A stretch of DNA of 63,987 nt, counting the filler, from Octopus bimaculoides (lineage: Eukaryota): NCBI RefSeq assembly GCF_001194135.2. It is 6 parts of 5 records of this genome, joined end to end, with 100 filler letters (N's around TTAATTAATTAA, not from the genome) between each part and the next. Parts side by side here need not be neighbours in the genome. Positions count along the whole stretch, not along the records: positions 45,152 to 55,978 come from NC_068993.1; positions 56,079 to 60,038 come from NW_026374954.1; positions 60,139 to 63,987 come from NW_026374241.1; 3 more parts are not named here. The stretch is one strand, 5' to 3'. The translations under genes were made by a program, and so were the position numbers. The notes beneath the pieces were generated by a model, which ran no database searches, had not been told where the DNA came from, and worked only from the letters and a program-made list of their open reading frames with translations. Shown piece by piece: positions 48,663-63,987 of this stretch. Position 1 is the stretch's first letter. The number at the start of each line of letters is the position of its first letter.

Positions 48663-50240
48663 CAGGGTCACAAAACACCATCAGGTCCTGCTGCTTTCCA
48701 ATTGCATGTCTTTTTTCTCATATTCCTGATACTGTCTTTTGTGAAGTGGATAGCCTTTTGCTGGAGATAAGAAGTTGTTTGCTTCAGGCTGCAGAGCCAT
48801 TCAGCTGTAGTATTATGTTGTTCTTGCTTACTCCATATCTTACCCAGCAAAAGTCGACTTTTATCAGCACCAGGGACTAATTTTCACGATTTTTATCATT
48901 AATCTCTTGACAAAAATTTTTTTGGTTTGTTAATTTGTTTTGTTGGTATTGCTTAATCCGTTCAAACCTAGTTAGCTTTGCTTTTTTTGCAAGAATGCAT
49001 TGCTTCAGTTCTTCAATTACAACATTCAGGCCTTTTGTTTCGACACCATACTTCTTCCTAACTTTTTCGAATTTGCACTCATTCTTAAGTTCTCCATTTC
49101 TTTTCCTGACAAGTATTGACACTACACTGTTCAAGGAGTTTACATCTTCCGAAATACTCCATTTCCACCAAGGTTGTTTATTTCCCCTTCTATCTATCGC
49201 TGTTCTGTTCTCAGTAGTACTCAATCCGTCAATTCTCAATTCTACTAGCAGCCTTGATAAGATTATTTATTTGTGTAATGTACTTTGTTTCAATGTGTCT
49301 CAATACATTATTGACTTAATTCATTCGTCTCTTGATTTAGTCTCCATTTTTTAACATTCTCAAACTCGCACATAAATCCTGTCCCTTCAATATGTAATAG
49401 ATCCAAAATCCTGTCTATTATTAATCGATCTTCATTGTTTGAGTAGTTACTGGTCTCAATTCTTTCACAGTTCACAGTAGTATATTCTTGCGAACAATTG
49501 TCCATCTCTTCCACTATACCACTTTCGTTTCTTGCATTCTTAGCATTACCCGATATCCTTCTTTTAATAGCTTCTAGCTCCAATTCTGTTAACCATCCAT
49601 TCTTTCGTATTGCTCTTACTTGGTCACATAACCTCTGTTCAGTAATTTCACATAGATCCATTGCTTTCCATGCACCGTGCATTCGTTTCCTGTATCCTCT
49701 GACAGGAGCGCCATTCGCATCCACTGGGGTGCTCCGGTAGTAACACTCCATGATCATCATGTTTACTTGTTTATTCTATTTATGTCTTGTAGCATGGCAA
49801 TCAGCGGCTGGATTACGACCGGGCCCACCCTGCTGCATAGTGCAACACCAGCCGGGTGCGGTACCTTCACCACTGATTCTAGTCCCGTTCACACAAAATT
49901 ATCGTCAATTGTTTTGGTTGGCATTTTCACTCAGAAACGCGGTGTGTTTTTAGGTTACTACCAACCGGTATTTTTATCGAGGCACCATCTCCATCAAGGT
50001 AGTCCACCAAGACGACAGAGGCTTTGCTCCCCTGGTTTTGAACTCAGAGTGGTCCTTCTCCTAGGCTTCTTGCCATCCAAGGTTAACGAGTACAGCCTAT
50101 CCGGAGCACTGGTTATTTGAAGGCGCCAGATGCTCACCTTTTTTCCACTCTTCTCCTATTGGTTTGGTGGTGGAGTCGGGTTTGACTATCCGGGGATCAG
50201 TGATGGATGCTGAAATCCCCTCACCACCTCAGCATTGACC
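48663..50240 (-). mobile_element. R4/Dong-like (RLE-type) LINE 5' fragment with putative leader
   Basis: TRHK*NKQ..IMECYY, RGYRKRM..W..TEQRLCDQVRAIRKNGWL, KQYQQNKL, KIWS, NWKAAGPDG; truncated at the start of the RT. Confidence 0.7.
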
Positions 50241-52974
50241 GAAGAGAAGAAAGTATAAGAGAGAAAACAAAGAGAGGGAGAGGGGGAGAGAGAGAAGGGG
50301 AGAGAGAGAGGGAGAACATGAATGAAAGGAAAAAGAAAATAAGATCAACAAGGGAGGGGATAAAGACATTTAACAGAGTTCGGTATATTCCATTCAGATC
50401 GACGGCGAGAATAGAACTGCTTAGGAGTGGTTGCAAAAAAACGGAAGTGAGGTAGATATTGGACATAAGAGATTATTATTATTATTATCACTACATCTTT
50501 TCTGTTTTCTTTCATATTTCTCTAGCGTGTCAAAGTTGAGAAGACGGCGTTGATTAAACACGACCCGGCCAGCTGGAACATGCTATTGCATTCACAGAAG
50601 ACAGCCGTTACCAAAATCTAAGCAACCGATATGATAGACTCGTACAACACTCAATCCACCCCACACCATCCACCCGGAAGCCGTCACCCTGACAAGTTAT
50701 TTATTTATATATTCCAAAGACAGACTGAGGAGCCATTATTTCCTGATTGCATCTATGTTTATTGTCTATTTATTTATTTGACCATTTCACTACAGCAGCA
50801 GCAGGAGCAACAGCGTCATCGTCAACGTTGTAACCATCACTGCCATCATAGCCATTCCACACCACCACCACCACCACCACCACCACCACCNNNNNNNNNN
50901 NNNNNNNNNNNNNNNNNNNNNNNNNNNNNNNNNNNNNNNNNNNNNNNNNNNNNNNNNNNNNNNNNNNNNNNNNNNNNNNNNNNNNNNNNNNNNNNNNNNN
51001 NNNNNNNNNNNNNNNNNNNNNNNNNNNNNNNNNNNNNNNNNNNNNNNNNNNNNNNNNNNNNNNNNNNNNNNNNNNNNNNNNNNNNNNNNNNNNNNNNNNN
51101 NNNNNNNNNNNNNNNNNNNNNNNNNNNNNNNNNNNNNNNNNNNNNNNNNNNNNNNNNNNNNNNNNNNNNNNNNNNNNNNNNNNNNNNNNNNNNNNNNNNN
51201 NNNNNNNNNNNNNNNNNNNNNNNNNNNNNNNNNNNNNNNNNNNNNNNNNNNNNNNNNNNNNNNNNNNNNNNNNNNNNNNNNNNNNNNNNNNNNNNNNNNN
51301 NNNNNNNNNNNNNNNNNNNNNNNNNNNNNNNNNNNNNNNNNNNNNNNNNNNNNNNNNNNNNNNNNNNNNNNNNNNNNNNNNNNNNNNNNNNNNNNNNNNN
51401 NNNNNNNNNNNNNNNNNNNNNNNNNNNNNNNNNNNNNNNNNNNNNNNNNNNNNNNNNNNNNNNNNNNNNNNNNNNNNNNNNNNNNNNNNNNNNNNNNNNN
51501 NNNNNNNNNNNNNNNNNNNNNNNNNNNNNNNNNNNNNNNNNNNNNNNNNNNNNNNNNNNNNNNNNNNNNNNNNNNNNNNNNNNNNNNNNNNNNNNNCCAT
51601 GACAACCACCACCACGACAATCACCACCACCACTGACAGCAGCAGCAGCAGCACCACCACCACCACCATCACCACCATGACAACCACTACCACCACAACC
51701 ACCGACCACAATGGCAACATCGATAACAACACTATCAACATGACCACATCCACCCGCATCATGGCTGAGAAACGTTATAGACAGCGTTCTTCAAATGTCA
51801 GTAATGTACGTTTGTATGTGTAATGTGGTTCTTGACGATGATGATGGTGATGGTGATGATGATGATGATGATGATGGTAGTGGTGGTGGTGGTGGTGGTG
51901 GTGGTGATGATAATGAGATGAGGATGATAACAACGTCGACGAAGACGATGCCCGTGTGTGTGTGTGCGTGTGTGTGTATATATATATATATATATNNNNN
52001 NNNNNNNNNNNNNNNNNNNNNNNNNNNNNNNNNNNNNNNNNNNNNNNNNNNNNNNNNNNNNNNNNNNNNNNNNNNNNNNNNNNNNNNNNNNNNNNNNNNN
52101 NNNNNNNNNNNNNNNNNNNNNNNNNNNNNNNNNNNNNNNNNNNNNNNNNNNNNNNNNNNNNNNNNNNNNNNNNNNNNNNNNNNNNNNNNNNNNNNNNNNN
52201 NNNNNNNNNNNNNNNNNNNNNNNNNNNNNNNNNNNNNNNNNNNNNNNNNNNNNNNNNNNNNNNNNNNNNNNNNNNNNNNNNNNNNNNNNNNNNNNNNNNN
52301 NNNNNNNNNNNNNNNNNNNNNNNNNNNNNNNNNNNNNNNNNNNNNNNNNNNNNNNNNNNNNNNNNNNNNNNNNNNNNNNNNNNNNNNNNNNNNNNNNNNN
52401 NNNNNNNNNNNNNNNNNNNNNNNNNNNNNNNNNNNNNNNNNNNNNNNNNNNNNNNNNNNNNNNNNNNNNNNNNNNNNNNNNNNNNNNNNNNNNNNNNNNN
52501 NNNNNNNNNNNNNNNNNNNNNNNNNNNNNNNNNNNNNNNNNNNNNNNNNNNNNNNNNNNNNNNNNNNNNNNNNNNNNNNNNNNNNNNNNNNNNNNNNNNN
52601 NNNNNNNNNNNNNNNNNNNNNNNNNNNNNNNNNNNNNNNNNNNNNNNNNNNNNNNNNNNNNNNNNNNNNNNNNNNNNNNNNNNNNNNNNNNNNNNNNNNN
52701 NNNNNNNNNNNNNNNNNNNNNNNNNNNNNNNNNNNNNNNNNNNNNNNNNNNNNNNNNNNNNNNNNNNNNNNNNNNNNNNNNNNNNNNNNNNNNNNNNNNN
52801 NNNNNNNNNNNNNNNNNNNNNNNNNNNNNNNNNNNNNNNNNNNNNNNNNNNNNNNNNNNNNNNNNNNNNNNNNNNNNNNNNNNNNNNNNNNNNNNNNNNN
52901 NNNNNNNNNNNNNNNNNNNNNNNNNNNNNNNNNNNNNNNNNNNNNNNNNNNNNNNNNNNNNNNNNNNNNACACA

Positions 52975-53005
<31 letters not shown>

Positions 53006-53399
53006 TCACACACTGTTTATATATATATATAAACATACACACACACAAACATGCATACATACAAAACATACGTACATGCAACAATAACATCGTGAAAACT
53101 CATATTAACTATCTAAGAACATCCAAAGATTGTTATATTAATTAGTCATCTACTTTGTATTAGTTCAGTGTCTTATGGAATTGGAATAAGGATAGCCAAT
53201 CATATATATTAATGTTTGAGTGATAATTGTGATATTGGAGAATATTTAATATTAGAACTGTATCATTTAGTTCCCTCTTTGAGTTCAATATTTGGCAGAA
53301 AATGTTACTCTAACAGTAAAATAAACGTTAGAATTTAGGTGCTTGGAAAATAACTAATACTACTACGACGACGACGACGACGACAACATCGATAATAAA

Positions 53400-53430
<31 letters not shown>

Positions 53431-53450
53431 TAATAATAATTTTTACTGTA

Positions 53451-53531
53451 GGCAGAGGCCTGAAATTTTCGGAGGGGGATAGTAGATTTATCGACCCCAA
53501 AAGGATGAAAGGCTAAGTCGACCTCGGCGGA
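53451..53531 (-). mobile_element. SINE family 1 fragment
   Basis: tcgaccccaaaaggatgaaaggctaagtcgacctcggcgga. Confidence 0.7.
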
Positions 53532-53535
53532 ACAA

Positions 53536-53566
<31 letters not shown>

Positions 53567-53605
53567 AGCATCAGCATCAGCATCAGCAGCAGCAACAACA
53601 ACAGC

Positions 53606-53654
<49 letters not shown>

Positions 53655-53673
53655 GTAATAATAATAATAATGC

Positions 53674-53864
53674 TTTCAGATTTTGGCACTGAGCCAGAAA
53701 TTTCTATTGCATCGATCCCAGTGCTAAACTGGTATTTATTTTATTAACTCGGAAAAGATGAAAAGGAAAGTCGACCTCGGCGGAAATCCAACTCAGATTG
53801 TAAAGATGGACGAAATGCCGTTAAGCATTTTGCATGGCATGCTAACGATTCTGCCAAGCTCTCC
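53674..53864 (-). mobile_element. SINE family 1 (tail 1)
   Basis: Body and head are homologous to the other copies. Confidence 0.75.
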
Positions 53865-54157
53865 GTCCAAGAAGAAGAAGAAGAAGAAGAAGAAGAAGAA
53901 GAAGAAGAGCAACAGCAACAACAGTAATAATGACGATGACTATGAATGATGATGATGATGATGACGATGACGATGATGACGATGATGATGATTCCTTTTA
54001 TTGCAAGGGCCGGAGATATTGAAGACAACATCAAAGGGCAAAATACAACATGCAAAACTGAGAGGTTTATATTGAGTAAAAAGGAAATAACAAGGACATA
54101 AAATTGAATATAAATAATCATAATTCAGTAAAATACATGGATGAATAAATAAAATCT

Positions 54158-54430
54158 CTAATAGTAAGTCCTCCTAAGGTAATTCGGGGGGAAATCCTTC
54201 ATAAAACGCCCCGGATTACTTCCAGTTTCTTCTATCCAGTTTAGAATGGATCTACTCAGAGTAGGACCATTCAGCCTCATCAGTCTTGCAACTCTCATCC
54301 ACATTTCGATAAACACACTAGTAGGCAGCACCTCCCTCTCCGTTCTCATCTTTCTATTCAAATGATTCTTGCAGAAGTTGATGAGATCCTGACCAGAGAA
54401 GAAAGTGCCTATATTCAAACATGGCGTCCA
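54158..54430 (-). mobile_element. Possible L1/Tx1-like LINE C-terminal fragment
   Basis: FFSGQDLINFCKNHLNRKMRTEREVL..F..MW resembles Tx1 ORF2 C-termini (from memory only). Confidence 0.4.
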
Positions 54431-54698
54431 GCCGACAGAATCGTTAGCGCGTAAAACAAAATACTTAACGACATTTCTTTCGGCTCTACATTCTGAGTTC
54501 AAATACCAGCGGCAAGAGGTTAAATTTGCCTCTACCACAGTATATACAACTTCCTGTAAGACCACCACGTGTAAATCGAATTTGCCTTTCATCCTTTCGG
54601 GATCGATAAAATAAAGTACCGGTCACGTAGCAGGGTCGATGGTTTCGATTGCTCACCCTCCCCTCAAAGTTAATGGCCTTGTGCCAAAACTTGAAACC
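54431..54698 (+). mobile_element. SINE family 1 (tail 1) with a ~60-bp internal insertion
   Basis: Head cagaatcgttagc, B-box gagttcaaatacc, tail gccttgtgccaaaacttgaaacc. Confidence 0.75.
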
Positions 54699-54718
54699 AT
54701 TATTATTCGTAGTATTTG

Positions 54719-54933
54719 ACGGCGAGTTAGCAGAGTTGTTAGCGATTCAGACAAAATACATAACAGCGTTTCATCAGGCACTTTACTTTCTGTGTTCAAA
54801 ATACCACCAAGGTCGACTTAGCCTTTTTACTCTTTTTGGGGTCGACGAAATAACTACAAGTTAAGCACTGAGGTCAATGTAATCGAGTTACAACTCCCCT
54901 AAAATTGGTGGCCTTGCGCCAAAATTTGAAACC
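54719..54933 (+). mobile_element. SINE family 1 (tail 1)
   Basis: ggcgagttagcagag head, tail gccttgcgccaaaatttgaaacc. Confidence 0.75.
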
Positions 54934-55249
54934 GTTGTTATTATTTTTATCAGTGTTGTTGCTGTTGTTGTTGATATTGTCGTTGTGATTGTTTTTGTCG
55001 CCAGAAATATCTACCAGGCATTCAATTATCAAACGTCTTCCCATTGGCATTGACGAGGGAGAGATGCTGGTCTTCAGACTAGTCTCCGTGGTGCCGGAAA
55101 TTCTACAGACTGGATAGCATATCACTATTGTTGATTTTACTCCTCATCCGCTTCCATTTTCCTTCTATTGATATATGCACCATAAATACAACCCTTGCCA
55201 AATGCACTCTACGCATTGAGGTAGGCGTCTATAGAATTGATGACGGCTA

Positions 55250-63987
<8,738 letters not shown>

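Noticed and set aside
50631-53145. Long ORFs of 270-430 aa (also at 31018, 40583, 41720, 56878 and 58649)
   Set aside because: They are open only because they cross N gaps and microsatellites.

Overview
AT-rich, microsatellite-dense, gapped animal genomic DNA. The repeat content and the N-flanked TTAATTAATTAA scaffold spacers suggest a draft cephalopod (Octopus-like) assembly; this is an inference. One host gene is reconstructable: a + strand DHDH-like Gfo/Idh/MocA oxidoreductase with six in-phase GT-AG coding exons (18263-28474, 301 aa). Its first coding exon was not confidently found, and the family EKP motif reads EQT. The rest is mostly transposon debris: a DD37D (maT) Tc1/mariner relic, three Penelope-like element (PLE) fragments, a decayed Ty3/Gypsy element with an ACGG TSD, CR1-, Tx1- and R4/Dong-like LINE fragments, about 20 tRNA-derived SINE copies and two long-TIR MITE-like elements. 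The most interesting observations are (i) a core-intact minimal hammerhead ribozyme in sense orientation in the last DHDH intron, inside a PLE with an inverted terminal repeat; (ii) a four-copy short repeat carrying a hammerhead motif, one copy beginning with a Pol III A-box; and (iii) the loss of the catalytic Lys in the DHDH-like enzyme, next to an intron full of inverted SINEs. All calls come from manual reading; no searches were run.
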